DNA from: Xenococcaceae cyanobacterium
GTDB taxonomy: Bacteria; Cyanobacteriota; Cyanobacteriia; Cyanobacteriales; Xenococcaceae
DNA: 64,000 nt
NCBI GenBank assembly: GCA_051439545.1
Contig: JBFRWK010000058.1
Coordinates: 31,126 to 95,125, forward strand
Direction of reading: 5' to 3'
Notes under the pieces: model-generated
Databases searched by the model: none
What the model was told of the DNA's origin: nothing
The model's input: the letters and a program-made list of their open reading frames with translations, nothing else
Shown: positions 45,459 through 55,700 of the stretch, in pieces
Position numbering within the stretch: position 1 is the stretch's first letter
Layout: every line of letters starts with the position of its first letter
Position numbers and translations under genes: made by a program

Positions 45459-45941
45459 TTAGCTTTTAACTTTAAAGTGGCACTGTTTATATTTTTTCCC
45501 ACTACCACACCAACAGGGTTGATTACCTTTAGGAATTGTTCCAGGTAAAATATCGCCATCTACATAAAACCATTTACCATCAGTCTTAATAAACTTAGAA
45601 CGTTCGTGGAGTTGTCTTAGTTCATTTGCTTGTTGATACACTGCCTCAAACTCGACATAGCCTACAGAATCATTTTTTTTTCCTTTACTTGTATTAATTA
45701 CAATTAAACTCAACCATTGGATTTGGTTAATAGTTTTAGTTAATTCTGCTCGATCGCTTTTTGTTCTTTTGTCGGGGTGAAGAGTCTCAATGAGATAATC
45801 GATATTACCTTGACAGAAAGCAGTATAGCGCGATCGCATGAGTTTTTCTGCCGTTTCTGCCGTTGCTTTACCAGCTAAATATTTACCACAGCAGTATTGA
45901 TATTGTTTTTTACTTCCACAGAAACAAATTGCTTTAGACAT
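45459..45941 (-). CDS. YchJ-family protein with two SEC-C metal-binding motifs
   Basis: 'CFCGSKKQYQYCCG' at the N-terminus and 'CWCGSGKKYKQCH' at the C-terminus. Confidence 0.75.
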   Translation of the reverse strand: MSKAICFCGSKKQYQYCCGKYLAGKATAETAEKLMRSRYTAFCQGNIDYLIETLHPDKRTKSDRAELTKTINQIQWLSLIVINTSKGKKNDSVGYVEFEAVYQQANELRQLHERSKFIKTDGKWFYVDGDILPGTIPKGNQPCWCGSGKKYKQCHFKVKS

Positions 45942-45991
45942 TAGTTAGGGCGATCGAGTATTTAGAATATTTCGGTCAAACTGCTTAAATG

Positions 45992-47236
45992 TCAAGGAGA
46001 TATAGCACTTAAGTTAACTGTTTCGCGATCTTGTAAGGGTCTATTACTACGAACGACAAATTTTGTTTCTGGTTTAATCCCTGTAATTATCTCTACTTTA
46101 CCATTAGCGCGATCGCCTAATTCTACTGGTTGTTTGGTAACAGTAGTTTGTCTGTTGGTGGTAATTTCATCAACAGTAAAAATATAGTTAGCACTATTTT
46201 CTTCGATAATCGCTGATTCTGGCACGATTACTCTCGGCTGTTTACTAGAGTCAAAAGTAACTCTAGCCAGCAATCCACCTTTAATTTTTCGCTCGATATT
46301 GGGGATGGTTACTTCTACCGATAACTGACGTGCGTTGGCATCTGCTAGAGGAGCGATGCTAGTTATTTTACCCACAAAAGAATCAGTCATAAAAGCATCT
46401 AACTTAACTTCTGCGGTTTGTCCGAGACTGATACTGCCTAAATCCAGTTCGGATAGAGGAACGATTACTTTAACGCGACTAAAATCACCGATTTGTAATA
46501 TTTCTTCTCCTGGCTGAATTAAATTTCCTGGCTCTTCTGTTGTTGTTAATATTACCCCGTCAATGGGCGCAGTTAAGCTGGTAAAAGCCTGCCGTTGTTG
46601 TTGTTCGGCGATTACCGCTTTTTGAGCAGCAATTCTACCCCTGGCAGCAGCAACCCCTTGTTTTTCGGTATTAACTTGTTCTCTGGCTGAAAGTACAGCT
46701 TTTTGGGCTACTTTAGCTGCTGTTTGATAAGATTCTGCTTGTTGTTGGGCAATTAATCCCGTTTTCGCCAGTTCTACATATCTGGTTGCGTCGCTTTCTG
46801 CTTGTTCTAATTGTACTATGGCTTCTTCTAAACGAATTTGTGCGTTTTTGACTTGAATTTCGGCTCTGGCTAATTCTGATTCTAAAGCAGCTAATTCTGC
46901 TTGTTCTCGATTGACTGCTACTGCCAACAAATTATCCTCTAGTTCGGCTAAAACTGTTCCTTTTTGGACAAAATCCCCCGTATCAACGGCTAAATTAAGT
47001 AATCTTCCTTCTACTTGCGATCGCACGGAAATTTGCTGTAATGGTGCAGTTGTGCCAACATAGGCAATTTCTCGGGTAAGCGAACCTAAATTCGCCGTTT
47101 CTACATCTACATTATTAGTTCTGTTCTCAAAAGAAGGAGTTTCTTGAGTTTGGGCGGAAGTTTGGGACTGGGGTAACAGGGTACATCCTGTAAGGGGAAA
47201 TAAAGCAGAAATTACTAAAAATAACCAACTTTTCAT
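45992..47236 (-). CDS. efflux-pump periplasmic adaptor (HlyD/MFP family)
   Basis: Lipoprotein-like signal ('FPLTGCT'), lipoyl-like 'GDFVQKGTVLAELED', a long alpha-hairpin, and a beta-barrel region. No pump gene is adjacent. Confidence 0.75.
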   Translation of the reverse strand: MKSWLFLVISALFPLTGCTLLPQSQTSAQTQETPSFENRTNNVDVETANLGSLTREIAYVGTTAPLQQISVRSQVEGRLLNLAVDTGDFVQKGTVLAELEDNLLAVAVNREQAELAALESELARAEIQVKNAQIRLEEAIVQLEQAESDATRYVELAKTGLIAQQQAESYQTAAKVAQKAVLSAREQVNTEKQGVAAARGRIAAQKAVIAEQQQRQAFTSLTAPIDGVILTTTEEPGNLIQPGEEILQIGDFSRVKVIVPLSELDLGSISLGQTAEVKLDAFMTDSFVGKITSIAPLADANARQLSVEVTIPNIERKIKGGLLARVTFDSSKQPRVIVPESAIIEENSANYIFTVDEITTNRQTTVTKQPVELGDRANGKVEIITGIKPETKFVVRSNRPLQDRETVNLSAISP

Positions 47237-47293
47237 AAAAAATAGAATCTAAAACTAATTAAAGTATTTCATTTATTGGTTGTTGGCGATCGA

Positions 47294-48295
47294 CTATAAA
47301 AAAGTAAGGTGCTTGTTTAAAGATTGGTAGGTAGTTTTTATTTCAGCTACTAGTCGATCGATAATCTTCGATGAACTATCAAGATTATTAATCAGTCCAA
47401 CACTCTGACCCCCATACAAAGCCAAAGCCTCCAAGTTACCTTGCATCTGAGGTAGAGGAATCGTATCGCTGTAGCGAATAATTGCCTTACCCGTACTAGT
47501 GTAACCAATTGTTTCCCCTTCCTTTGGTCGATGCCCTTTTTCTGGACATCCTGCCTTTTCCCACATCTCTACCGTGCTATTTCTTAATGTGCGATGGGGT
47601 GCATCTTCCCAACCAAGATTAAATAGTTTGGAATAAATCGTATCTTCAACTTTGGCAGCAAGGAGTTTTTCTCGATAAGTTGTATGAATATTAGCTTCTT
47701 TACTTGCTAGAAATCTCGTTCCCAACCAAACCCCTGAAGCTCCCAGTGCTAATGCTGCTACAATTCCTCTACCATCTGCAATACCCCCCGCAGCAACTAC
47801 AGGTATTGGGTTGACGGTATCCACTACCGCAGGTACGAGGGCCATAGTGCTTATATTACCTCTGACGTGTCCCCCTGCTTCCCAACCTTGAGCGACTATT
47901 ACATCTACACCAACTTGGGCAGCCTGTTTTGCTTCTGCCGTGCTACCAACAGAGTGCATCACTACTGCACCAGCTTGATGAACTAAATCGATATATCGAT
48001 CGACTGCGCCCCAGAAAAATGAAACTATTTTAACTCCTTCCTCCAGACATACTCTTAGTTTACTCATCACCTCAAATTCCAGGACGAGATTGATACCAAA
48101 AGGTTTATCTGTCAAAGCCTGAGTCTGTCGAATGAGTTGCTTTATTTCCGTTTCAGTTCGCCATGTAACCGACAACATCCCTAGTCCCCCTGAATTTGAG
48201 ACAGCAGCAGCTAATTCTGGGGTAGTTGCACTACCAATAGGAGCTTGAATGATGGGAAGCTCGATACCAAGAGTGCTACAAAGGGATGTTTTCAT
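47294..48295 (-). CDS. nitronate monooxygenase / FabK-like FMN oxidoreductase
   Basis: 'LGIELPIIQAPIG', 'VIVAQGWEAGGH', 'VVAAGGIADGRG'. Start moved to the internal ATG. Confidence 0.75.
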   Translation of the reverse strand: MKTSLCSTLGIELPIIQAPIGSATTPELAAAVSNSGGLGMLSVTWRTETEIKQLIRQTQALTDKPFGINLVLEFEVMSKLRVCLEEGVKIVSFFWGAVDRYIDLVHQAGAVVMHSVGSTAEAKQAAQVGVDVIVAQGWEAGGHVRGNISTMALVPAVVDTVNPIPVVAAGGIADGRGIVAALALGASGVWLGTRFLASKEANIHTTYREKLLAAKVEDTIYSKLFNLGWEDAPHRTLRNSTVEMWEKAGCPEKGHRPKEGETIGYTSTGKAIIRYSDTIPLPQMQGNLEALALYGGQSVGLINNLDSSSKIIDRLVAEIKTTYQSLNKHLTFL

Positions 48296-48351
48296 GAAAA
48301 AATAAAGTCTATGGCTAAATTTAATTGTAGCTAACAAATATCGGGAAAATA

Positions 48352-48813
48352 CTAGTCATTAGGGGATGGATAAGGTTGGGCAAAAGTAAAACTTTGAGGG
48401 GAATCTCCATGCAACTCCAGATACTCCAGTTTGGCTTTACCTTCTTCTACGGTAGGTAAATATCCAGATCGAATCCACCACATAGCAAAATGCTCGCCTC
48501 GATATTTCTCAAACCATTGACGGCGACGCACAAAAAAATCGCCATGCAAACTCTTGTAAACGTAGACTTTTAGCTGTTCTATACTTTGCCAAACTGAAAC
48601 ATTAACCAGCATTTTGGGATTGGGGTATGCTCTAATATCGGTAGTTCCTTGATAGTAGTTACCCCCTACTCCAGACTCGATAATACCAATTGAGTAACCT
48701 GGATGAGAGTGACGCGCATAATTGTAGTGGATTGCTTTCGCTCGAAATAATTCTAAGTTATCGAATTCTCGAATCAACCAAAATTTAGTATTCAGACCCG
48801 TCCAATTAGCCAT
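48352..48813 (-). CDS. apparent chimera: AraC-type ligand-binding (cupin) N-terminal fragment + DUF3291 C-terminal half
   Basis: 'LELFRAKAIHYNYARHSHPGYSIGIIESGVGGNYYQG' is AraC-binding-like. 'MLVNVSVWQSIEQLKVYVYKSLHGDFFVRRRQWFE..AMWWIRSGYLPTVEEGKAKLEYLELHGDSPQSFTF' is DUF3291-like. Confidence 0.45.
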   Translation of the reverse strand: MANWTGLNTKFWLIREFDNLELFRAKAIHYNYARHSHPGYSIGIIESGVGGNYYQGTTDIRAYPNPKMLVNVSVWQSIEQLKVYVYKSLHGDFFVRRRQWFEKYRGEHFAMWWIRSGYLPTVEEGKAKLEYLELHGDSPQSFTFAQPYPSPND

Positions 48814-49003
48814 AGCAATTTGTTACGTTGCCAAGTTTACCCAGATTTTAGCAGCGATCGATCGCTTTTGAATCCAATAACCAAAGAATAATAACTAATG
48901 ACTCGACTAACCAATTAATTAAAAAGAGTATAAATAATACCAAACAATTATTTTTTTTGCTAAGTATTATTAAAGTGAACACTAGAATTATTAAAGTGAG
49001 TGT

Positions 49004-49960
49004 ATGACTGCCCAGTCTAGTTCTGTAGAATTATCTATAGTCGTTCCTCTGTATAACGAAGAAGCCAATATCGATTATTTAATAGAGCGACTTGTAGCGG
49101 TTCTAAATAATCTTAAGACTACTTATGAAATTGTTTGCATTAATGATGGTAGCCGAGATAACACTCTCAAATTATTAATAGATTATCATGCTCGTAATCC
49201 TGCAATTAAAGTAGTTAATTTATCTCGTAATTTTGGCAAAGAAATTGCCTTAACCGCAGGTATAGACTATGCTGATGGTGCAGCTATTATCCCTATCGAT
49301 GCAGATTTACAAGACCCACCCGAACTGATCGAACAATTGGTAGCCAAATGGCGAGAAGGATATGATGTAGTTTATGCTACCAGACGCTCGCGCTCGGGAG
49401 AAAGTTGGCTCAAACAGTTTACGGCTAATTCTTTTTATCGCACTATTGGTAAAATGAGTCCCGTAGCTATTCCCGCCAACACGGGTGATTTTCGCTTACT
49501 CGATCGACAAGTAGTAGAAGCAATAAAACAACTACCCGAAAGAACTCGTTTTATGAAAGGATTATTCGCTTGGGTAGGTTACAAACAGACTTCTGTTTTA
49601 TTCGATCGCTCTCCTCGTTTTGGGGGTAAAACTACCTGGAATTATTGGAAACTCTGGAATTTTGCTTTAGATGGTATTACTTCTTTTAGTTTATTTCCTC
49701 TCAAAATTTGGAGTTATATTGGCTTAGTTGTTTCGTTTATTTCTTTAATATATGCTTCTTTTTTAATTATTCGCACTCTCCTTTTTGGAGTTGATGTTCC
49801 TGGATATGCTTCTTTGATGGTAGCAGTTCTATTTTTTGGCGGAATACAGTTAATTACCTTGGGAGTTATCGGTGAATATTTAGGTCGTGTCTACGAAGAA
49901 GTTAAAAGAAGACCTTTATATTTTGTGAGAGAGTCCTATGGGTTTAAAAATAAAAAATAA
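49004..49960 (+). CDS. GT2 polyprenyl-phosphate glycosyltransferase (ArnC/DPM1-like)
   Basis: 'SIVVPLYNEE', 'NDGSRDNT', 'DADLQDPPE', and two C-terminal TM helices. Confidence 0.8.
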   Translation: MTAQSSSVELSIVVPLYNEEANIDYLIERLVAVLNNLKTTYEIVCINDGSRDNTLKLLIDYHARNPAIKVVNLSRNFGKEIALTAGIDYADGAAIIPIDADLQDPPELIEQLVAKWREGYDVVYATRRSRSGESWLKQFTANSFYRTIGKMSPVAIPANTGDFRLLDRQVVEAIKQLPERTRFMKGLFAWVGYKQTSVLFDRSPRFGGKTTWNYWKLWNFALDGITSFSLFPLKIWSYIGLVVSFISLIYASFLIIRTLLFGVDVPGYASLMVAVLFFGGIQLITLGVIGEYLGRVYEEVKRRPLYFVRESYGFKNKK

Positions 49961-50061
49961 TTTAATAATTGCTTTTAGCTCGGTAATCTAGTTAAATTTA
50001 ATCGATCGGCATCAGTTACTCGACTAAATTAATAAGCTCAAATAAATTTTCCTAATTTTCC

Positions 50062-51819
50062 ATGTATTCTCAGCTATCTAAAGTTTCACCATCAAAGTCA
50101 CCAGATAGGCAACAATTTTTGCCATCTTATTTAACAGAATTATTTATAGTTTTGCTATTAGTTTTAGCTACGATATTCATCAATTTTAGAATGATTCGTG
50201 ATGGGCTAAATGGGATGACAGATATGAGATGGCACATCATGTGGTTACAACATTTTTCTAAGCAATTAGCTGAAGGAATTTGGTATCCTCGCTGGTTAGC
50301 TGGTACTAACTATGGCTATGGTAGTCCGACTTTTGTTTTTTATCCCCCACTGGTTTACTATTTAGGTTCGCTGCTTAAATTTAGTGGTTTAAATATAGAA
50401 AATACTCTGATAACTCTATATTCTCTATCTGTTTTTTTAGCGGGATTTAATTTTTATATTTTTGGTCGTCATCGTTGGGGAATTATCGCTTCATTTATTG
50501 GTGCATTAGCTTATATGACTGCCCCTTATTTAGCTTATAATCTTTATTGGGTTAGTAGTCTTTCTGTTGCCTATGCGATCGCTTGGATTCCTTTAGGTTG
50601 GTATCTTACAGATCGCGCTTTAGCTAAACCAAAGTGGAAAGTTAGCATTGCTATTTTTTGGGCATTGTTGGCTTTAACTCATTTGCCTAACTTACTGTTA
50701 TGTGGAATAGTTTGGCTATTTTATACTCTGTTTTTTTTGTTCTCCTATTCTTGGAAAAATGTAATCACTACAATTCTGTTTGCAGGATTGGGTTTGGGTT
50801 TAGCCTCTTTGTTTTTAATTCCCGCAATCTTAGAACAGCCATTAGTAAATATAGCTAGTATGCAAAACGTAATTGGCGATATAACTAACGGTATTTTTGG
50901 TGCGGGATTGCCCTTTATTCCTAAAAAATTAGACTTTCAGGTTTCTCATATTTTTGCCCATCAAACTTTAGTTATTTTAGTTTTAATTGCGATCGCTATT
51001 TTTTATTGTCGTCAGGATAATCCTACTGCTTCAGAAAGTAAAAGATGGATCTTATTTACTCTAGCTATAGCTATAATGATGAGTTGGTTATCTGTACCTA
51101 TTTGGGAAGCTAGTACGACTCTACAAAAAGTACAAGCACCTTGGCGATTATTTAGTCTTTATGCTTTTGGTAGTTCGGCATTGTGTGGAGTAGTAGTCAG
51201 TAAAATTATTAAACTTAAATTACCTGGTAAGATTTTCGGCTCTTTAATAATCGTCGCAATTTTATTATTTAATACTAGTTATGGTTATCAACTTGCTCGT
51301 AAATTTCCTACTTTTCGTAATTCAGGTCAAGCTAATCTCGAACATTTAGAACCAGCTAAATTAGCCATAGAAGAACCATTCACAGATAAATTAATAGATG
51401 TAGGAGAATATCGTCCCCTAGTCAAACCAGGTATTCCTTCTGCCGAACCTATTTTAGGCCAACCAAAGCTTGCTGTAGTTGAAGGTCAAGCAAAAATAGA
51501 ATTAGAAAGTTGGAAAAGTTATGAAAGAAAATTTCAAGTTGTAGACGAAGAAACATCTACTATTAGGGTTCGCACTTATTATTATCCTGCTTGGCATTTA
51601 TATGTAAACGAGCGACCCTATTCGATAGATATACTTGACGATGGCACAATTTCTTTTACAGTCAAACCAGGGAATTATTCGGTTAAATTAGTTTATCAAA
51701 AAACCTTCGCTTTTACCGTGGGAATTTTAGTTAGTTTACTAAGTAGTTTAATTTTATTGATTTACTGGTTGACTATAACTAAAAAGACGAAAATAGAGCA
51801 TATACCAAACCAGGAGTAA
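50062..51819 (+). CDS. large polytopic GT-C-like membrane protein (COG5617-type, ArnT/PMT-like role inferred)
   Basis: About 12 TM helices. 'MRWHIMWLQHFSKQLAEGIWYPRWLAGTNYGYGSPTFVFYPPLVYYLG'. It has a C-terminal soluble domain and lies directly after the GT2 gene. Confidence 0.5.
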   Translation: MYSQLSKVSPSKSPDRQQFLPSYLTELFIVLLLVLATIFINFRMIRDGLNGMTDMRWHIMWLQHFSKQLAEGIWYPRWLAGTNYGYGSPTFVFYPPLVYYLGSLLKFSGLNIENTLITLYSLSVFLAGFNFYIFGRHRWGIIASFIGALAYMTAPYLAYNLYWVSSLSVAYAIAWIPLGWYLTDRALAKPKWKVSIAIFWALLALTHLPNLLLCGIVWLFYTLFFLFSYSWKNVITTILFAGLGLGLASLFLIPAILEQPLVNIASMQNVIGDITNGIFGAGLPFIPKKLDFQVSHIFAHQTLVILVLIAIAIFYCRQDNPTASESKRWILFTLAIAIMMSWLSVPIWEASTTLQKVQAPWRLFSLYAFGSSALCGVVVSKIIKLKLPGKIFGSLIIVAILLFNTSYGYQLARKFPTFRNSGQANLEHLEPAKLAIEEPFTDKLIDVGEYRPLVKPGIPSAEPILGQPKLAVVEGQAKIELESWKSYERKFQVVDEETSTIRVRTYYYPAWHLYVNERPYSIDILDDGTISFTVKPGNYSVKLVYQKTFAFTVGILVSLLSSLILLIYWLTITKKTKIEHIPNQE

Positions 51820-51825
51820 TTAGTT

Positions 51826-52506
51826 TTGAATCTAAAAAATAGTATTTTTATACTAACTATTATCTGTATTGTTGCCACGGGAATAGGTGTTTTTCTCCTG
51901 GGAGGGATCGATCGCGAACAGCTAGAAGCTTGGTTACAGCAAATGGGTGCTTTAGCTCCTATTATTTATATTTTGCTATACACTGTAGGAACATTACTAA
52001 TTTTGCCTTCTACGCCGCTTAATTTAGCAGGAGGAGCGATTTTCGGGGCAACTTTAGGCACGGTTTGGACTACCATAGCAGCTATCATAGCAGCAATAGT
52101 TGCTTTTGCTTTTACTCGGACAGTAGGCAGAGAATTAATTGCTCAAAGATTAGCAGGACGTTGGGAAGCGATCGATGCAGAAATGCAGGCAGGGGGCTTA
52201 TTTTATATGTGCGCTATCCGTCTGTTACCCATTATTCCCTATGGATTAGTAAATTTTGCTGCGGGTTTAACTTCAATTCGTTTTCGAGATTATTTGATCG
52301 GTACTGTCTTAGGTACAGTGCCAGGAGTATTACCTTTTGTGATGATGGGTTCGGGATTACAAGCACTTTCTGAAGGTAATATTTTGCCCTTAATGGTGGC
52401 TTTTACTTTAACAGGAATGTTAGTAGGTGCTGCTACCTGGTATCGTCGCCGTCGTCAAAACCCAGAAGCAGCTTTGAAAAAAACAGAACAAAAACGTCGC
52501 GATTGA
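51826..52506 (+). CDS. TVP38/TMEM64 (DedA-superfamily) membrane protein
   Basis: 'APIIYILLYTVGTLLILPSTPLNLAGGAIFG' and 'FRDYLIGTVLGTVPG'. Confidence 0.75.
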   Translation: MNLKNSIFILTIICIVATGIGVFLLGGIDREQLEAWLQQMGALAPIIYILLYTVGTLLILPSTPLNLAGGAIFGATLGTVWTTIAAIIAAIVAFAFTRTVGRELIAQRLAGRWEAIDAEMQAGGLFYMCAIRLLPIIPYGLVNFAAGLTSIRFRDYLIGTVLGTVPGVLPFVMMGSGLQALSEGNILPLMVAFTLTGMLVGAATWYRRRRQNPEAALKKTEQKRRD

Positions 52507-52523
52507 TTAGATCTTCAAATATC

Positions 52524-54926
52524 TTAACTGGCAATTAAAATCAGGTTAGACCAAATAGCAGGATGAATAGTACGAGTACCAATCATCTTAATTTGAGTCT
52601 GGCGTAATGCTTCAGAAGGAGACATTCCTGCTAGAAATAAACGATCGTAAAAATCATCTACTAAATAAACTGCTGCTCGATCGTTAACCGACCACAAACT
52701 ACCAATAACATTAACTACACCAGAACGAATAGCAATTCCTGCTAAACCTAATACTGCACGTTCATTACCTGCTGCGGTTTCACAAGCACTTAATACCAAA
52801 AGTTTAATTGGATTCTGAGGAAATCTAAGTTGATTTTGATTGAGAATTTCTTCTAAATTGCTTAAGCTGATTTGACCTTGGTAAGTACTCAAGAAAGAAT
52901 CTTCTGCTGTACCACCAAATTCCCCATGAGTAGCAAAATGAATTAGACGAAAATTATTATTAACTAGTTCTTGTTTGACAGTATTAGGAGTGAATTCAGA
53001 ATTTAAAAATCCTTCGACTTCGACTAGTTCGCTAATCGAGCGTATTTCTTGTTCGACATAGGGTAAAGCAGGAAAATTAGCTGTTTCTTCTGATAAGCCA
53101 AAGGCAAGTATCTTGGTTTCAGGGTTAAAGGTAGGATTTTCTTTTGCTGGTGAATTTAAATTTAAAGAGTTAATAACAGCATAATTTTCAACCAAAAACT
53201 TTTGACCATCGTGTAATGCAGCCATTGGTACGTTTTTGAGGATTCCATCGTTAACAAAAATCAAAGTTTTTAGTTTATTTTTAGGCAACTCCGACTCAAT
53301 TGGTTTAATGAGTAGATCGTACATTTTTTGGCTTAAAGGCAGATAATTCTCTTCGGTTCGATCTTCTAGGCTATAACGCCACTTTTTGACTAATTTTTCT
53401 AATTCAAGCTGAGTAATATCTATTTTGGTATGGGTAACTCCATCTGTCTGTTTGAGAATTAGATGGGTAGCTTGAGGAAAAACGAGGGTATAGATAAATA
53501 CCTCCTGAGGGTTTGGTAATGTTTTTGATTCAGAGATAAATTCTAAGCAATCATCACCGAAATAATTTTCTAATTCACTAAGTTGGAGTAAATCTCTAAT
53601 GACTAAAGCTCGATCTAGTTGTTGGGGAGTAGGATTATAAAGTAATAGTTGTAATAATTCTCGATAAACAGGCTCTACTTTGGTGGTAAAATCGATTTTT
53701 TCATTAGTAGTTTTTGCCAATTCACCTCTAATTGTTTGTAAAGAAGCGATCGCCTGACTATATACATCGATCGCTTTTTCTATATCTCCCAAAGAATTGT
53801 AAATACGTCCTTTTTGCCAATACCATTGATATAAACTTTGCCCAGTTTGAGCGCGAGAAGCTGCTAAAATCGCTTTATCTGTCCAATCCAATGCTAGGTC
53901 ATATTGGTTTATTTGTTCGTAATACGTACCTAAACGACCTAAGGCAAAAGAAGCAGCGCGATCGTCTTGAAGGCGATCGGCTATAGTTACAGCAGAAGTT
54001 AATAGATAAACTGGCTTTGTTCTAAATTCACTTAAATCGATTAAACTATAAACTTTATGGGTAGAATCTGGTAGTTTGGCTAATATTGTTTCTGCTCGCT
54101 CTACATAAGGATTAGGATTAAAATCCTCAGCTTCAGCACCCAATCTCAGTATCTGTAACAAAGCATCTACCGTGACAAAAGATTCTATATCTTGACTTAA
54201 TTCGAGGGCAATTCTGGCATTAGACAAAGCTTTTTCTCGATCGTTAATCGATCGCTTTTTAACAGCTTTTATATCTAAATCTTCGGCAACCATATTGGTT
54301 TTTGTTTGCTCTATGGTTTGAGATTTAGCTTGAAAAACCTGGCTGAGATTGCGATAAACTATTACTTTTTCTTCCCGATCGGCAGCATATTTAATACTCT
54401 CTTGTAAATTATTCTCTGCTTCTAAATACTTCCCCTCAATTTTATTAATATTACTCCAAGTCAAATAAGCCGAATACAATACTCGATCGAGCTGTTCTGA
54501 TGTGGCAATTTCAATTGCTTCTCTTAATCTTTTAATAGCTAAACGAGTTTTACCTAAACTTAAATATGCTTTAGCTATATCGCTTAAATTAGCAGCTAAT
54601 AGTCTTTTTTGCTGGCTTTTTTCTAAAAATTCTAGGGTAGAATACCAATAATCTTTTGCTTCTTCATATTTACCCATCTCGAAATAGCTACTCGCAATCT
54701 TAGATTTAATCGAAACTAGTTCTTCTGGTGCAAGAACCTCTCGATCTTGTTGGAGTATTTTTAGCCATAATTCAACACTAATTGGCGTTTTATTTGTTAA
54801 ATTTTCTTGGCTCAATAATTGGCTACTTTGCCTAATTTTCAAGTCATTGGCTAGTAATTTAGGGCAATTTATAACAGAAAAAAAAGCCAGAAAAACTAGT
54901 ACAATATATTGCAGTTGCTTAGACAT
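52524..54926 (-). CDS. exported TPR-repeat CHAT-domain (caspase-fold) protein
   Basis: Signal-like N-terminus and TPR-like repeats. CHAT dyad contexts 'IHFATHGEF' (His) and 'LLVLSACETAAG' (Cys). Confidence 0.8.
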   Translation of the reverse strand: MSKQLQYIVLVFLAFFSVINCPKLLANDLKIRQSSQLLSQENLTNKTPISVELWLKILQQDREVLAPEELVSIKSKIASSYFEMGKYEEAKDYWYSTLEFLEKSQQKRLLAANLSDIAKAYLSLGKTRLAIKRLREAIEIATSEQLDRVLYSAYLTWSNINKIEGKYLEAENNLQESIKYAADREEKVIVYRNLSQVFQAKSQTIEQTKTNMVAEDLDIKAVKKRSINDREKALSNARIALELSQDIESFVTVDALLQILRLGAEAEDFNPNPYVERAETILAKLPDSTHKVYSLIDLSEFRTKPVYLLTSAVTIADRLQDDRAASFALGRLGTYYEQINQYDLALDWTDKAILAASRAQTGQSLYQWYWQKGRIYNSLGDIEKAIDVYSQAIASLQTIRGELAKTTNEKIDFTTKVEPVYRELLQLLLYNPTPQQLDRALVIRDLLQLSELENYFGDDCLEFISESKTLPNPQEVFIYTLVFPQATHLILKQTDGVTHTKIDITQLELEKLVKKWRYSLEDRTEENYLPLSQKMYDLLIKPIESELPKNKLKTLIFVNDGILKNVPMAALHDGQKFLVENYAVINSLNLNSPAKENPTFNPETKILAFGLSEETANFPALPYVEQEIRSISELVEVEGFLNSEFTPNTVKQELVNNNFRLIHFATHGEFGGTAEDSFLSTYQGQISLSNLEEILNQNQLRFPQNPIKLLVLSACETAAGNERAVLGLAGIAIRSGVVNVIGSLWSVNDRAAVYLVDDFYDRLFLAGMSPSEALRQTQIKMIGTRTIHPAIWSNLILIAS

Positions 54927-55010
54927 AAAAGATAAATAATTATTGAATATACTGAAGGATTTCTAGATAATATTACTTAATTAATCTAAGTAAACTAAAA
55001 TGAGGTTGAA

Positions 55011-55694
55011 ATGAAGAAAAGTATATTAATCGGGTCAGTCGGTATAATTTTGACTTTTATTAGTCTTTTTTGCGGTGACTTATATCTTGCTGCACAGACA
55101 GAGAATCTTCCCCCCACCAAACCTCGCACTCAAACCAGAAAAAGCGGTGGCACGAGAGGAAGATGTATAGATAGTGACAATAGGCTCGTTCTCATCGTTC
55201 CAGAAAATAAAGAGTCACTCTCGGCTGTTCCTAAAACAACTTTATCTCATCCTACTTTTTTCTGGCACATAGCTCAAAAATCTTCTTTACCCGTCAAATT
55301 TACTTTAGTCGAACCTGGTAGAACTATCTATACTAAGGAACTAAATTTAGACAAGTCTGGGTTAGTAGCAGTAACTTTACCCAAAACCGTCCCTCCTTTA
55401 GAGATTGGCAAAGAATATCGTTGGACTGTTTCTGTTATCTGTAGTCGGCAAAATCCTTCTCAAAATCCTTACACCCAAGCTTGGGTAAAAAGAGTTTCCT
55501 TATCTTCAATGGTTGAAACAGAAGAAAAGTTAGGTTGTGATACATACGAAAAAGCTGAAATTTGGTATGATGCTTTAGCTTGTCATCTAGAAAGTAATTC
55601 TACAATTAATACAGCGCGACTATTTCAGCAAATTGACCTGGGTTATTTGTTTGAAGGCACGTCTGTTTACAAAAGCGATTTGAATTTAAATTGA
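55011..55694 (+). CDS. DUF928-family exported protein
   Basis: Signal peptide, 'GGTRGRC', 'HPTFFWHI', 'LEIGKEYRWTVSVIC'. Confidence 0.65.
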   Translation: MKKSILIGSVGIILTFISLFCGDLYLAAQTENLPPTKPRTQTRKSGGTRGRCIDSDNRLVLIVPENKESLSAVPKTTLSHPTFFWHIAQKSSLPVKFTLVEPGRTIYTKELNLDKSGLVAVTLPKTVPPLEIGKEYRWTVSVICSRQNPSQNPYTQAWVKRVSLSSMVETEEKLGCDTYEKAEIWYDALACHLESNSTINTARLFQQIDLGYLFEGTSVYKSDLNLN

Positions 55695-55700
55695 ACTATC

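Noticed and set aside
52065-52373. 102-aa alternative-frame ORF inside the TVP38/DedA-like gene
   Set aside because: It is on the same strand in a shifted frame, with a Ser/Cys-rich nonsense composition. The annotated frame has the family motifs.
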